A stretch of 64,000 nt of DNA from assembly GCA_019828565.1 (NCBI GenBank), contig JAHDYR010000021.1, positions 124,001 through 188,000 of the forward strand, given 5' to 3'. Of this stretch, positions 40,598 to 54,007 are shown piece after piece; the stretch's first letter is position 1; every line of letters starts with the position of its first letter. A model generated the notes under the pieces. That model ran no database searches. It was not told where the DNA came from and worked only from the letters and a program-made list of their open reading frames with translations. This DNA comes from Carpediemonas membranifera BICM. Taxonomy: Eukaryota; Protista; Fornicata. A program made the translations under genes and the position numbers.

Positions 40598-43500
40598 CTA
40601 CCGTCCCCTGCGTGCCGATCCGATTCGCTGCGACCCCCCGGTCGTCTTCCCCCCAAGGTTCAGGGGCGGCAACTGCCCTGCGCTCCCGCTGCCCGGCTTC
40701 GACCGGCCCAAGGGGTCAATCACTCCAACATTGGGGGTCCGACTGAACGTCTTGTTGTAGCTCTCCTCCCTGTTGACGAGCTCCCGCTTGTAGTACTCGA
40801 TCTCCCGTCTTAGTCGGCCCATGACCTGCTGCTGCTCAGCGGCCATCTGCTCAAGCTCGGCGATGGCCTCGAGGTCCTCCTGGCGTGGCGGGCGACTGTC
40901 GAAGTCGCGGCGCTCGGACTCGTATTGCGCCAGGAGCTCCTCGTAGCGGGATTCGAGATCGTATCTGAGATTTTCCATATCTGTGGTCAATCTGTCGATC
41001 TCTGCGTCCTTCTCGCTCCGTGCGACCTCGATCTCCTCCTGCGCTCTCCGAAGCTCGTCGGCCAGCCTCTGCTGGAACAACACGCGCTCCTCCTTGAGCG
41101 TCGCGTCCCCGTCCGCGGCCGTTTGGGCTATCCTCTTCTTAGCGTCGTCCAGAGTGACAACGAGTGCGTCGTGCGACTGCATGAGACTGTCAAACCTCTC
41201 CTGCAGCCCGAGGAGGTCTCGATCCCGGCTCTCGACCGTCGCCTCTGCCTGGGCGATCACCTGCTGAAGCCCACGGACCTTGGCCGCGGCCTCTTCCTGC
41301 TGGGCCCGCATGGTCGCCATCACCTGCTCGACCCCAGCGGCGTGTTCAGCCCCCAACCTGTTCAGCGCGGCCTCCTTATCCGCAGCCAGGTCAGCTTCGA
41401 GCTTGTCCAGGGCCGCCCGGTGGTCCTTCTCGAGCCTGGCGACGGCTGCTTCGTGCTGGTCCATTGTCTCGTTCATAGACACCTTAGCAGCTGTAGCGGC
41501 TTCCTGTGCGGCCTGGCCCATCATCTTGAGCTTCTCCTCGAGTTCGTCCACGCGGGTCTGCCACTCACCGGCGCTGGCGTCGTTCGCCTTGAGCGCGGCC
41601 TTGAGCTTCTCTTCATGGACCCGGTCCTTCTCGTCCAAGGCATCAGCCATTTCTTCCCGAAGAGCCTCGAGGTCGGATGCCCGAGCTGCCTTCGCCTCCT
41701 CCAGGGCTGCCCTCAACTTGCCGACAGTCGCCTGCTCCTCCGCGATCCGTTCGTCCTGGGCCGCCACGGTGTCTCTGAGCGACGCCAGCTCTCTGTCGGC
41801 CTTCCCGTTGGCCGCCAGACTCAGCTCCAGCTGACTGTGCTTTGAGTCGAGCTCGGCCAGCAGCGTCTGCACCCGCTCCTCGAGCCCGGTCACCTGAGAG
41901 TCGGTGGAGTCTGCCATGGACGACACACGGTCCTGCAGCTCGGCCATGCGGGCAGTGGTGCTCTCAAGGTCTGTTTTGAGCGCGGTGTTGTCCTCTGTCA
42001 AACCCTCGATGGTCGACTCAGCCTTCTCAGCGGCAGATGCGGCATCCTTGGCCGCCTGGTCCATCTCCTGCCGGATCTGGGCGATCTCGGCCTCCTTCTC
42101 GGCCTCAATCGCGGTTACACGCTCCTCTGCAGCAGCTGTCGCCTCCTGTGCTTCCCTCAGCTCAACTCCGAGCCGGTCGACCTGCGCGGCAAGGGCCTCA
42201 GCCCGTTTCACGGCATCACTAGCCCTAGCGTCCCCGGTCTGGACTGTCTGGGCGATCCTGGCCCTGAGGGCGTCAGTCTCCTCCCGCTCGAGGGCGAGCT
42301 TCTCCTTGAGGGCAGTGATGTTGTCACCGAGGTCGACCGCCTTCTTGGCCCAGTCGACCGCCTCGGCCTTGGAGTCGGCCAGCTCGGTGTCGAGTTGCTC
42401 GACCTTGGCCTGCAGCTGGGCAACTGTGGCGCGCTCAGTCGCAAGGTCGGTGTCGGTCCGAGTCTGACCCTCCTTAGAATCCGCCAGCTGCTCTGCGAGC
42501 TCGACCGCCTTGGCCTCAAACTTGTCCCTGCTGACCGTGGTCGCCTGTAGTCTCTCGCGTGTCTCGTCGAGCTGGCGTCGGACGTTGTCGAGCTCAGCCT
42601 TAACCTGCGAGACGAGCTCATCGCTCGCTGACCCCTCGCTGGCCAGGGCCGCGGCCTTCTCCTTCTCCTGCTCGAGCTCTGCGGCAAGACTGCTCTCCCG
42701 CTTCTCTGACTCCTCCAGGCTCAACTTGACCTGCTCGAGCTCATCCTCAAGCTGGGCGATCTCCTTGTTCTTTGAGATCATCATTTCAGCACTGTTCCGG
42801 AGGTCTCCGGTCATTCTCTTGTTCTGCGCCTCGAACCCAGCAATCTTCACGGCGTACTCATCCCCGCGGTCCCGGATCATCTTCTCGAGCTCCTCGTTCG
42901 CCTGAGTCAGTCTTGCGACCTCATCCCTCAGCCTTGCAGCCTCACCGTCCGCCGCACTGTGTTGGAGTCTGAGCCCGCTGAGGGCGACCACCTCCTTGTC
43001 GTACCGGGCCTGCAGCAGGGCTCGGGACTCGCGCTCGTGGGCCAGTTCCTCTGTGAGCTGAGCATTACGATCATTTGCGGCCGAAAGCTCAGTCTTGGCG
43101 TCGTTCTCGCGGGACTCGGCGGCATTCACCTGGCCGAGAAGCTCGTCTCTCAGCGACTTGAGCTGGCCCTCGGCTTCAGTCCTCGCGGCCCGCATCTCCT
43201 CAGTGAACACGGCGCCCTTTCTCTCGAGCTCGGCCCTGCTTTCGTCCATCACACGCCGCAGCTCGGCCTCGTGGTCAGCGTCCGACCCTGCCCGGGACTC
43301 CTGCAGCCTGGCCAGCTCTCGCTCAAGCTCCTGGGCCTTGTCCTGCTTGGCGATGACTGCGTCCTTTGCTTTCCGCACATCGTCGCTGATCTTGTCCACC
43401 CTGGCTCGTGAGGCCCGTTTGATCTCAGCTAGCCGTGCCTCGCAGTCGGACTTATACTTCTGGAACCGCTCGATGAACTGCTCGCGCTCTAGCTGGTGCT

Positions 43501-43784
43501 GGTGGTTGAGTTTCTGCAGTGCGTCCTGTACGAGCTCGCATTCCTGTTGCTCATGAATGCGGTCCTTGAAAAGGTTCATGCGATGCGTCGTTTCTTCAAG
43601 GAGGGCCGTAATTTCGTCTTCATAGCGGCCAGTGAGGCCCTGCATAGCGAGCTCGCTGTCCTCCGTCTGGATAATCGAGATGAGTGGGGAAACGAACCTT
43701 GCTGTTGAGATGGTAGATGACCTTTGTCAGCTGTGCAATCTTCTTCGACATTTTGAAGTGGACGTCATCGTAAGGCGGCCTCAT
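40598..43784 (-). CDS. FAM184-like coiled-coil protein; intron 43667-43697
   Basis: KMSKKIAQLTKVIYHLN N-terminal motif and ELVNRE.SYNKTF...NVGVIDP C-terminal motif; 31-nt phase-0 intron. Confidence 0.82.
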
Positions 43785-44066
43785 CTGCACCGAATGAGGA
43801 TTTTCAGTGACGAATTTTCTCTGGCTAAACTGCACAGTGTTCGCAACGACCGGTCGTCTTCGTCGGAGGAGCAGTAGTGGTTCCTGTACAGCAGGGTGTT
43901 AGTTCTGAATTATAACGCGCACGTCTCCATATGCCACGACAGCCGCCCTCATTTCGGATGCCGCTGACGATCGCAGTGCCAGCCCACTCAGCGGCACGGT
44001 TGGCAGTTTAGTTGATGTCGAATCAGTACAAGGGAAAACCGTAAAATTTACACGGGAAACATGGAC

Positions 44067-45730
44067 TTACTCTTTGAGGGAGCCGCGCTCGCGCATCATG
44101 GGCATGACGCGGTTCTCAAGACGCATGTTGGTCTCGATGGGGAGGCCGGCGACGCAGCGGAGGATGTTCTCGAGGCAGGCACGCTGGGCGGGGAGGGCGT
44201 TGATGATGGGTGTCTGGTCGGGGACGCGGGGGGCCTTGCAGAAGAAGGAGATGGTGTTCATGACGGGGTGGAAGTTCTCCCACTCGCCGTTGGGCTCGCG
44301 GATCTCGAGACGGCCGAGCATCTCGCCGCAGAGGGCCATGTCCATGATGATGGGGGCCGCCAGGAGGGAGTCCTCGCACGTGTTGTGGAGGACGATGGTG
44401 TTCTTGCCGCGCATGAAGATCTCGGAGGTGTACTCGTCCATGGCGCGCTTGGAGTCGCCGACGTACTTGAGGTACTTGATGACGATGCAGTGGTCGGGCT
44501 TCTCGATCTCGCCGGGGCGCTTGTAAAGGATGTCGTTGGAGGCAACGATGTCGTCAACGACGTTGGCCTTGGTGATCTCCTTGCTGCGGAACTGGGCGGG
44601 GGAGGAGAGGTTGAGGCCGTCGTTGTTGCCCAGATGGTTGTAGGAGGCGATGCAGGTGGGCTTGATGCCCGAGGAGACGAGGAAGTCGGTGAGGACAGAC
44701 TTCATCTTGGTCTGGCCAGACTTGAAGTCGTCGCCGCCGATCATGGAGCGGTTGCGGACGGCGTACTCGATGACGCCGGGGACGAGGGTGTTCTGGGGGG
44801 AGCCGTTGATGAAGGTGACCTTCTCCTCGATGGCGGCGATGGCGAAGAGGCTGGAGGGGGCGATGTGCTTGCTCTTCTCGGCGTCCTTGAGGGAGGCGAG
44901 GAGCTCGGCCTCGGTGGTGTTGACGCCCTCGATGATGGGGGCAAAACACTCGGTGTTGGCGGTCCAGAGGACGACGATCTTCTCGAGGTTGTTCTCCTCC
45001 TTGAACTTGCGCATCTGGGCCTTGATGACCTCGACGTACCAGCGGCGGCCGGTGGTGTCGACCTCCTCGCCGAGCATCTCCTTGGCGTACTCAGCGGTGA
45101 TGACGTTGTTGGCGCGGTCCTCCTGGTTGGCGGCTACGAAGTTGATGTCAAAGACGGAGGGCATGGGGGTGATGTTCTCCATGTAGGGGCGGAGCTTGTG
45201 CTGCAGGGTCACGTCGAGGACGGCGGCCTTCTGCATAGCGGCGTACATGTTGTCGTTGTTGATGTCCCAGCCACCGAGCATGAACTGGTCGGGGTTCTTG
45301 GGGTCAACGAAGGGGACGAGGCTGCGGAAGGGAGCATAGACGTCCTCGCCGGCATGGGTGGTGCCGAGACGGACAGTGGAGCTCTCTATCATGGAGCCGA
45401 AGAAGTTGGGGTTGCAGACACCGTCCTTGCGCTCCCAGGAGATGTTGTGCTGGTTGGCAAGAAGGCCGCCGAGAAGAGTGGAGCCGTTGGAGCCACCGAA
45501 GCCGACAAGCATGAGGCCGGTCTTGGGAGCGTGCTGGCTGATGCGGATCTCGAGCTCCTTGTGAGTAGGAGTGACAACGGCGTGGCCGTCCTTCATCTCA
45601 ACCTCGGTATTGTTGTAGACGAATCTAGAGTAAGAAAATTCGAGCGCCTGTATCGGCAAAAGACATACTTGGAGGACTTATATTCAGTAGTATCGGCCTT
45701 ACCGGCAACGGAGAAAGAATCGACGAGCAT
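44067..45730 (-). CDS. INO1: myo-Inositol-1-phosphate synthase; intron 45625-45668
   Basis: GFGGSNG, LWTANTE, NGSPQNT, GDDFKSGQTK, SYNHLGNNDG and CEDSLLA motifs. Confidence 0.97.
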
Positions 45731-46472
45731 TCGTGGGCTTCGTTCGCTGTGACGCAAAGTCGCCAGAGTCACGGTCAGAAATCTGAGGACCCGGCAAAAT
45801 TTTAAGTACTATGGCACCGGCGAATAAAAGGAATGACGCATCGGGCGCTGGGATGATGGAAAGATGATATACAGGCGCACAGCCTTTGATTGCCGCTCAT
45901 ACGCAGGATGTGCAGGATGAGCCCAAGGCCTCCGTGCCTCCGTGGCTGACCCGTTGTCAGTGTTCAGGCGGGTTGAGCACTTGGGTCGACCAGGACTGGT
46001 GCAGGGACCCGTACATGACCTGGAATGTATCCGCGTAAAGACAATCGTCCCTTGCCAACAATGAACGGGATCCGTTTCCACGCTCAACAGCCGCAACAAC
46101 CTCCATCAGAAGTAAGTATCCACCAATGATTCATTATGTAGTTTGTCCGGAAGGTCAAGCTCGTCCAGCGCAAGTTTGAGAGCATCGCCCGTCCTGCGGT
46201 CCAATACGGAGCCATTCCCCTCATCCTCTACCTTGGTCTTACGGTATGCACCATAATACACCATCACACAGACTGATCCCCGTCCCAACATGCTCTCTGT
46301 GTTCAACCCTCTCTGAGCACCCTTCGCCCTTCATTAAACCGTGTCGCATGCGCTAGTGAGCTCTGTCTCCCACCACTGGACGCGAGTGATGTACTGCTGC
46401 CTTGCTGGCCTCTGGTTCGGGGCTTGTGAATCGATGCTGCGACCCCTTCGCCTTCATTCCGTATTTACAACG

Positions 46473-47246
46473 TCAACCTCGCAGCCGCTCGGCCACAGCA
46501 TGTCCGAACCCCACCCAGCCCTGGCCACCGCTGATCTCATTGTAGACCGGCTCGATCACACGGGACCACAGGAGCCACGCGGCTGGGGCGAGCACGGAAA
46601 TGGCCAGGAAAGTCATCAGTGAGAACATGACGAGCAGAAGGACGACCCACAGCTTGGCGTTACGGACCCACATCGTCCGCTTGACCCGCTGCGTCTCCGT
46701 GTGGAACATTCGGGCGTCCACGGCGAGGGAGTTGGCCCGGTCGTCGAGCTCGTCCAGGTTCTCCCCACGACGGATGAGCGTGTCGATGTTGGAGTGCATG
46801 ATGCCCTTGATGGCATCGGTCTCGGTCTTCAAGGCCTCGAGGCGGTCGACGTTCTCGATGATGTCGTACTTGGCGGCCATCGATGAAAGGAGGGGCTTGC
46901 ACCGGCTAGTCAGGCTGTTGCGCTGAGCATCAGCGACGTTGTTCCCTACCCGGGCGATAAATGAGTCCTTCAGCTCGTGCAGGAGAGAAAATGCGGTCCG
47001 CTGGGGGTATGAGGGGGCGGTGACGACAAAGAAGGCGCAGTTCGCGGTTGTGTCGTAGTGGATGGTACCAATGCCACTGGTGATCGTGAGACGGCTTCTA
47101 TCGTTGAACTTAGAAGCTGAAATCACCTTCTCGATCAAGGAGGGGTAGTCGACGCCATCCAGCTTGTATGCGGTGTGAGAGGCGATGACCTGGTTGTCCT
47201 CGCGCTTTCCGATTGCAATATAGCGAATATTACCGGTTGAAACCAT
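46473..47246 (-). CDS. Longin R-SNARE (VAMP7-like)
   Basis: Longin domain (YPQRTAF), NID..IRRGENLDEL SNARE motif and C-terminal TM. Confidence 0.9.
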   Translation of the reverse strand: MVSTGNIRYIAIGKREDNQVIASHTAYKLDGVDYPSLIEKVISASKFNDRSRLTITSGIGTIHYDTTANCAFFVVTAPSYPQRTAFSLLHELKDSFIARVGNNVADAQRNSLTSRCKPLLSSMAAKYDIIENVDRLEALKTETDAIKGIMHSNIDTLIRRGENLDELDDRANSLAVDARMFHTETQRVKRTMWVRNAKLWVVLLLVMFSLMTFLAISVLAPAAWLLWSRVIEPVYNEISGGQGWVGFGHAVAERLRG

Positions 47247-47372
47247 TCTGAAGCTTCGAAAGCATGACGACTTCGTATGCAGACATCCGCAACAGTGAGC
47301 ATAAACTGCGCTGTCCCAAACTGGGCCAGTACTGCTTTATTCTACTCTATGTGATCGCTACATGTGTCCACA

Positions 47373-47873
47373 CTAGCTATTCTTCACGGGAGAGGGGCTT
47401 ACTTTCGGATGGAGGTGAGCTGCCCCGCCGTGCACAACAATGCCCACCGGGGAGGACGGTTCAGACGGCGTGACAGAGCCGTGCGACAGATCGCTGGATT
47501 TAGACGACGAGTGTCTGTGGTGCCGCGGCACAGCGGCTGGCTGGCGCAGCATTGCTTGAGTGACGGCCTTGGTCAACTTTGCCCTTTGCGACCCAGCGTC
47601 AACATGAGACGATATACGCTTCAGGAACTTGTCTAGCTCCATCTTTGAAGGGTCTCTCATGCTTAGGAAGTCTATGAAGCTCGCTGTGCAGAGAGTCCTC
47701 GCAGTCTCCGCCGTCTTCTTTTCTAGAACGCTGCAGACTTCGTCCGCGAGCATTTTGGCCCTTTTCGCAATGAATTCATCGCGGGAATCGCGTTGGGACG
47801 GCGCCATGTCTTTCAACGAAGAATCCATGACTTCTTCTTGAGAACGTTGTGAGAACGTTTCCAAACTGCACAT
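47373..47873 (-). CDS. Hypothetical protein
   Basis: 166-aa ORF filling the gap; no recognised motif. Confidence 0.4.
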   Translation of the reverse strand: MCSLETFSQRSQEEVMDSSLKDMAPSQRDSRDEFIAKRAKMLADEVCSVLEKKTAETARTLCTASFIDFLSMRDPSKMELDKFLKRISSHVDAGSQRAKLTKAVTQAMLRQPAAVPRHHRHSSSKSSDLSHGSVTPSEPSSPVGIVVHGGAAHLHPKVSPSPVKNS

Positions 47874-48442
47874 GCCGTCATTTGTCCGGGCTGGCCGATC
47901 CCAAGCATCCGCAGTCCAACACTACCGTTATATCCATCGCTGTTCATGTGGCAGGGTCCGTCCTCCTGGTCGGCATCATGTCCACCCGCTCCACTCGCGT
48001 GTCGACTGATGAAGACGTGCTTTGTGGGTCTCACCTCCAGTCAGTGAATGCATGATGCGTTTTTATCCAGTTACTATGAATGTTACTGGACCAGCACACC
48101 GCTCATTGCTGCCCGTCAGGCTGCCTGGGATGACAAAGCTTGACCTCCGCCGGAGATGTCAGCCCAGTGTTCAAGGGTATCGACAAAGCTTACAGGTTCC
48201 CATGTGGCGGATGATGTTGGCATGCACTCACACAAACAAGTCAACCCGCCTCATAAATGAATGGGACGGCGGACTTGACATGCGGGGGGGGGGGGGAATG
48301 GCGCTACATTTAGCATCTATGGTCACTTAGCAATGCCTGGGCTGTCCGGTAAGTCATGCAGACCTCTGTGGCGGGCTTCATGATCACGTTCTCTCCCGAT
48401 GACGACCTTTACACTACTCCAAGAAAATAAAGGCATGTTCAA

Positions 48443-48658
48443 TCACTTCTTGCCAGCAGCAGCAGCCGCGCGCTTCTCCTCAGCGGCCTTCTGCTTGTCA
48501 CGCATGATCTGCGCCTGGCGCTCGCGATCATTGGCGAAAGAGACGCCAGCTTCTGCCCGAGCGTTCTTGGCCGCCTTAGACTTATCCTTCCCAGCATTCT
48601 GTGCATTCTGCTTAGCATTGCGTGCGCGAGAAAGCTCTCTCTGGTTTCCACGAGCCAT
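48443..48658 (-). CDS. SERF/4F5 family small protein
   Basis: MARGNQRELSRARN...AQIMRDKQ. Confidence 0.85.
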   Translation of the reverse strand: MARGNQRELSRARNAKQNAQNAGKDKSKAAKNARAEAGVSFANDRERQAQIMRDKQKAAEEKRAAAAAGKK

Positions 48659-48822
48659 ATCGTTTGGTCGTTTGCGCTTGTCCTGCGCGATTGCATGTGA
48701 ATCGTTGACCTCACTAGGGCGACGTCGCGAATGTCCGGCGTCGTTAGTACGGGTTAGACCCTCTTATGTACGCCCCCCGACGTATGTGCAGTTTATGCAA
48801 CATCGCGAGAGCATCTCACCAG

Positions 48823-51811
48823 ATGTTCCAATACAAACGATTCAACTTTTTGGAGAGAACTCCGGCGTCCACATTTTGTAATCATCCGCAAGTTCCCCAA
48901 CATGCGGGCAAAATTACCTGTTTTCACGTCAGCACGGGGCTCTTTGCGGTGGGCGATGACAAAGGGAACGTGTTCGTCGCTGATGAGCACTTTGAATGGG
49001 CGGTGGATGATGTGTTCGACACAATAACGCTCAGCGTGAAGCTGGTGACCCGCAACCGCAACAACCTGCTTGTCTGTATTGGTGTCAACACAATAGAAGA
49101 GCAGGAGCACTTCGTGATCCGCGCCATCCGTGTCAACACGATCCTGAAGAACACAGCCGCCGCCAGAGCGAGCAGACCCATCATCATCCCCCGTGAGATC
49201 GCCGCGCCTGGCCGCGAGTGCCGAGCCCTTTGCTTCAGCGTGCACCCCGACCACACGCACGTCGCCGTGGGCTTCTCCTCCGCCACTCTCGTCGTAGTGA
49301 CAGACGTGACCTCCCCCAACCCGCACATCTCCCACCTTAACATGCACGGCGTCGACGGGGAGGCGCACGCCGTCACCAACGTCTCCTGGTCTCACACAGC
49401 CAAGAACAAGCTGTTCCTGACCACCTGCTCAGCCGCCTCCCCCCACTCGGCAGTGCAGAAGTTCTTTGACGACAACACCCGCACCTTTGGCCGCGGCGCC
49501 GTCCTCGTGGCCTTCCTGTCGGGCGGCAGGATCCAGCTGGGTGACGCAGACTCCCGCCTGACCCACGTCATGGACGAGGGCAAGAAGGGCGTCCCCATCA
49601 GATGCGCGGCCCGAGTCCCACCCCCGCATCGCCGCGGCAGACGGCACAGTCGAGATGTTCGGCATCGAAGGCTACGCTGCAGCCGAGCCGTCGGCGATCT
49701 ACACCTACTACCGGCCCGACTTCTTCTACCCGACCCCGACGGACCAAGGCCACTTCATCGTCAGCTCGTTCAAGGGCTGCTTCGTCCTCGTATCCCCAGA
49801 CATCGCCAACGTCTCGGAGCTCGGCGAGCGGGAGGATATGGAGCATTTCGAGGAAGTCATGCCCGCAACTCAGATGGTGACTTTGACAGTCGTTGACCAT
49901 ACTGAGAAAATCATCACTTTCCAGCATACACACAACTGCGGCATAATCGACGTCGTGGCCGACGGGAACTCGCTCTACACACTGACCGCGGACGGCAACG
50001 TCCACTGTGTCACCGAGATTGACACGCAGCGGAAGCTCGAGGGCCTCTATGCGAAGAACCAGTATGCCACGGCGATCAAGCTGGCGTCGAACGAAGGGCG
50101 GGACGAGGACTACATCTCGTCGATCCGACGTGACTACGCCGACTACCTCTGGTTGAAGGGCGACCCCGAGAACGCCGTGAACTACTACAAGCAGACCATC
50201 GGGCACGGCGTCGAGCCCTCGTACGTCATCGACAAGCTTTTGAACTCGTCAAATGTGCAGTGGCTGACTGATTATCTCAAGGCGCTGCATCGCGTGGGAC
50301 TTCACACATCGCATCACACCAGACTGCTCCTCAACTGCTTCACTAAGAAGCGCGGCAAGCACGGGGCCGATCCAGCTGACAGCGGCGTTGACGAGCTCCG
50401 CTCCTTCATCTTTGGCTCAGGCCGAGGCAAGGCGCTCGACCTGACAACTCTCGACGTCGAGTCGATCATCGTGTACTGCCACAACCGGGGCACGGTCAAG
50501 GCCATCGAGACTGCCAGCCGCATCGCCAACATGGCGGGTCGACTCGACTGGGTGACTCGAATCCAAGTCGGAGATCATCAACTGACCCAGGCCGTCGAGA
50601 CGATGACAAAGGTGGTCAGCTGGGAAACCCTATTCGAACTCATCCAGGAGCATGCCGCCGTGCTTCTCGAAGACAAGCAGGCGTCGAGCGACCTGAACGA
50701 CCTCATCGTCCGTCACTGCCGTAAGAAGACGGTTAGCCTGACCATCGAGGACAGCGACAACCTCGACTACGCCACGAGCCACTCGATCCACAGCGTGTTC
50801 CCGCTCTACATCAACCACCCCGCACTACTGACTGACTTGTTGACTGAGATTGTCAAGCTCGACGCGTGTCCAGTCGATGTGTGGACGACTCTGTTTGAGT
50901 TGAAAATGACAACTTGGGCCGAGCTTGACAAGGACCCGGAGGCTGACCCTAAGGCCAAGGCTGCGGTCGAATCAGATCTCCTTGGATATCTCGACCAACC
51001 AGAATCTGGGCCTGACCGTCAGCGTGCTCTCGTGACTTGCCACATCCACCAGTTCCGTCGCGGCATCCTCCATCTTAGCCGGCATCTCAGCGAGATCGTC
51101 CGCTACCACATCGCCTCGGGGAACATCCCAGAGGCCGTGTTAGAGTTCAACAAGTTCTCTGGCGACGAGACGGTCACTCCGGTTGACCGGCAGACTGTCG
51201 CCCGCACTCTCCTACCGCACGTGGCCAAGTACTCCGCAGAGCACGCCGGGGAGAAGGGCCCGAGTCTGTTGGCCCAGTATCTCGATCAGATGGAGTCTGT
51301 GATGACCCCTCTTGAGGTGGTCGACGCCCTAGCCCAGACAGACTGTCTGCTGTGCGACCTGGGCGCTTATCTGATCGAGAAGATGAAGGCGCAGGAGTCC
51401 ATCATCGCGGAGAACACAGAGGAGATACGAAAGCTCGAGACGGACATCGACAAGGTCAGCGAGGACGTCCGTCTGTGCAAGGGTGTCAGAGTCTACCGGT
51501 CACAGGAGTGCGACTCGTGCCACAAGCAGCTGACTGGACAGATTGTCCACTTTTCATGCGGCCACTCGTACCACGCCGACTGTCTGACGGCCGACGACAG
51601 GTGCTACAAGTGCTCTGGGGAGATGGCCGCGCTGAACAAGGAGCAGGAGGTGATGAGGAAGAAGATCGTCGACTTTATGGGGTTCGATAAGAAGCTGCAG
51701 AACGACCCCTCGCCGTTTTCGGTTGTTGCCGAGTACTTTGGGAGCTCGATCTTTAGTGAGATGGAGCTGGAGCCTCCGCAGCCCTATGTGGATGGTGAGG
51801 ACGATCTTTAA
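48823..51811 (+). CDS. VPS11: Vps11 (HOPS/CORVET), apparent frameshift near 49620
   Basis: MFQYKRFNF start, propeller, YADYLWLKGD...EPSYVI..L clathrin-repeat region, C-terminal RING (C..C...HFSCGHSYH..C) and FSVVAEYFG. Confidence 0.88.
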
Positions 51812-51898
51812 TAGTGTTATGTTTAAAAGTTTAGCATGCCGAGGCAATCAATCCATCATCTATGTCCCTACTTCAACCAACTATTATTTTTAACCAGC

Positions 51899-53299
51899 TC
51901 ACTCGTCCTTCTCCTTCGTCTCGTCCAAGAACACAGGCAGTGCTACCTTTGCCCAGTTCCCCCGCCACCGGTCAGCCCCCTCCATCGTTGTCTGGTCACC
52001 ATACTTGGCAATCACCCTTGCGCGCAGTTTAGCCAGAGTCGAGTCGGGTTGGCGACCATCAGCGACCATTTTAGCCAAAGTCTCGCAAAGCTGGTCAGCC
52101 ACATTGATTCCGGGTTCCAGCACAATGCCAGTGGATTTTGATACAAGCTCAGTGATGGTCTTAAAGTGCACAGAGATGGCTGGCACGCCGGACCCGAACA
52201 TGTCCAGGATCTTCATTGGCAGGTCGACACCGGAAGACGACGTGTGCAGGGACACGCCGACGTCCGCAGACCCGATGAGGGCGGGATAATCCTCAGCGGT
52301 GAGCCAGGCGCTGTAAATGCGGGCCGATCTCAGTTTGAGGGATGCGATCTTGGCCATACCGGCCTCACGCATCGGTCCCATGCCTGTGATGATGCAGACC
52401 ACCTTGAGAGTGTCAGTGTCTAGCTGACTGTCCAAAGCTGCCAGTCCATCGATGAGTGCATCAACATCTTCGTCTGGCGTCCAAGACGTGCCAGAGACCA
52501 CTAGAAGAGGCCGGTCAGGCAGTCTCTTAACATCTGTACCGCAAGCAGTGAAAAGGGTGGGTCCCTCGAGCGTTTCCTTCGTCAGAGAGATGTACGGCAG
52601 GTCAGGCGGGGGATGGGCGCCGGGAACGAGGTTTAGGCGATGGAACAGGGTATGAGACACTGCTGGTGAGCGGGGGAAGAACTGTGGCGCTGGCTTGTCG
52701 TGCAGGACGACGGCACCGGGAATGTTGAAGTTGGCGAGCATCCAGTTCGTCATCTGCTGCGAGACGGTGAAACAGCGGTTAGCACGGCGGCCGAACAGGC
52801 GCTCAAGCCAGCCATATACCCTCACAAGCGGGTGCTTTGTTCCAAACCTCAACCCAAGCAACGTGAACCCCAAGTTGTGCCAGTCGACGATGAACTTTGC
52901 CCCATGCCAGCGGGCAGCTAGCCAGGCCACGGGAAGGACAGGGATGGCAGGAGGAGTCTGAACTAGAACGTGGGTGGGCTTGCTGATGGTCATGAAGAGG
53001 GTCATGACGAGAAACATGGCCTGAAGAAGCATCTTGACGGGAAGCATGAAAAGGTAAGACAGGCGGCCAACGGAACGGGAATACGGCAGCTTGTAGCGGT
53101 ACACAGACACTGAATTGGACTCGATATGAGGATTCAGTGCTTGGATAAGCGAGGATCCAGCTAGTCCCACCAAGCTGACGTGAAAGCCGTGCTCGGCGAG
53201 TGAAAGGGCGTGATACTGCATTCTAGGAGACCTACCTACATCACCTAGAACTACAACGGCAACAGAGCCTTTCGCAGAGCTCTTCAACCGCTCGATCAT
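51899..53299 (-). CDS. ALG1: Beta-1,4-mannosyltransferase Alg1
   Basis: VLGDVGRSPRMQYHA, DWHN, TSWTPDED and SSSGVDLPMKILDMFG. Confidence 0.95.
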   Translation of the reverse strand: MIERLKSSAKGSVAVVVLGDVGRSPRMQYHALSLAEHGFHVSLVGLAGSSLIQALNPHIESNSVSVYRYKLPYSRSVGRLSYLFMLPVKMLLQAMFLVMTLFMTISKPTHVLVQTPPAIPVLPVAWLAARWHGAKFIVDWHNLGFTLLGLRFGTKHPLVRVYGWLERLFGRRANRCFTVSQQMTNWMLANFNIPGAVVLHDKPAPQFFPRSPAVSHTLFHRLNLVPGAHPPPDLPYISLTKETLEGPTLFTACGTDVKRLPDRPLLVVSGTSWTPDEDVDALIDGLAALDSQLDTDTLKVVCIITGMGPMREAGMAKIASLKLRSARIYSAWLTAEDYPALIGSADVGVSLHTSSSGVDLPMKILDMFGSGVPAISVHFKTITELVSKSTGIVLEPGINVADQLCETLAKMVADGRQPDSTLAKLRARVIAKYGDQTTMEGADRWRGNWAKVALPVFLDETKEKDE

Positions 53300-53383
53300 T
53301 ATCGCTTGAGCTTAAGCTGCACAATTCCACCAGACGACACTCATCGAAAAGGTAGCACATGCTGTCACTCGCGTGTATACCAG

Positions 53384-53826
53384 CTACCCGGTGTGCTTTA
53401 TCTGGATGTTGTGCTTGAGCATGAATTCCGCCAATGTCTGCTCGCGCGCCTTGAGGTCGCCGATCAGCTGGGTCTCAATCTGCTTCAGCTTGTCCCTGTT
53501 GGCCTGCAGGAAGGGGCGGACTGTGCCCACGGTGCCCTTCTGGAGGATGTCTCCACTCTGCCTCATGCAGGTGCGGTCTTCGGGGAGATCAACAAGCTCG
53601 CGGAGTACGTGGCTGTGTAAATGATTCAAAGCGTGTTGTTTGCTGTCTGGAAAGTTCCAGTAGCGGCAGAAACAAACTCGTGTTCGGAAACTTGGGCGGA
53701 GATCTCGGTAGCACGATTCCTAAGGTTCTCTACAATATCATTAAGCTTGTGGTACTCGCCAACAATCTTGTTACGCTCCTCGTCGCTGCTCATGACCTGT
53801 TCTCGATCGCTGCAGATTTCGGCCAT
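53384..53826 (-). CDS. Prefoldin subunit 2-like (two exons)
   Basis: Coiled coil, EH..V...L...PEDRTCMRQSGDIL...TV..V.P.L. Confidence 0.7.
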
Positions 53827-54007
53827 ACGAAAACTGCGAAATTACGAAACCTCACGCTAAAGTCGCTCTCAGTCCGGCCCCATCAGCCATCCAAGCGTCA
53901 CTACTCCACGTTCCTCGCTGTACTGCACCGGCCCCTGTCGTCTCTTGTCGACCGACCGGAGTCATTGCCAGGAGCTCGAGAAGCGGCCGGTCAAACTCTC
54001 AATCACT

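Noticed and set aside
45809-46306. Short ORFs between INO1 and VAMP7
   Set aside because: No recognisable motif or clear start; at most a decayed remnant.
48284-48297. Poly-G tract
   Set aside because: Simple homopolymer with no supporting context.
49600-49660. Programmed frameshift or split gene in VPS11 (similar breaks in TPX2-like and ACS)
   Set aside because: Breaks lie at homopolymer runs, and the two ACS copies correct each other, so sequencing error is the simpler explanation.
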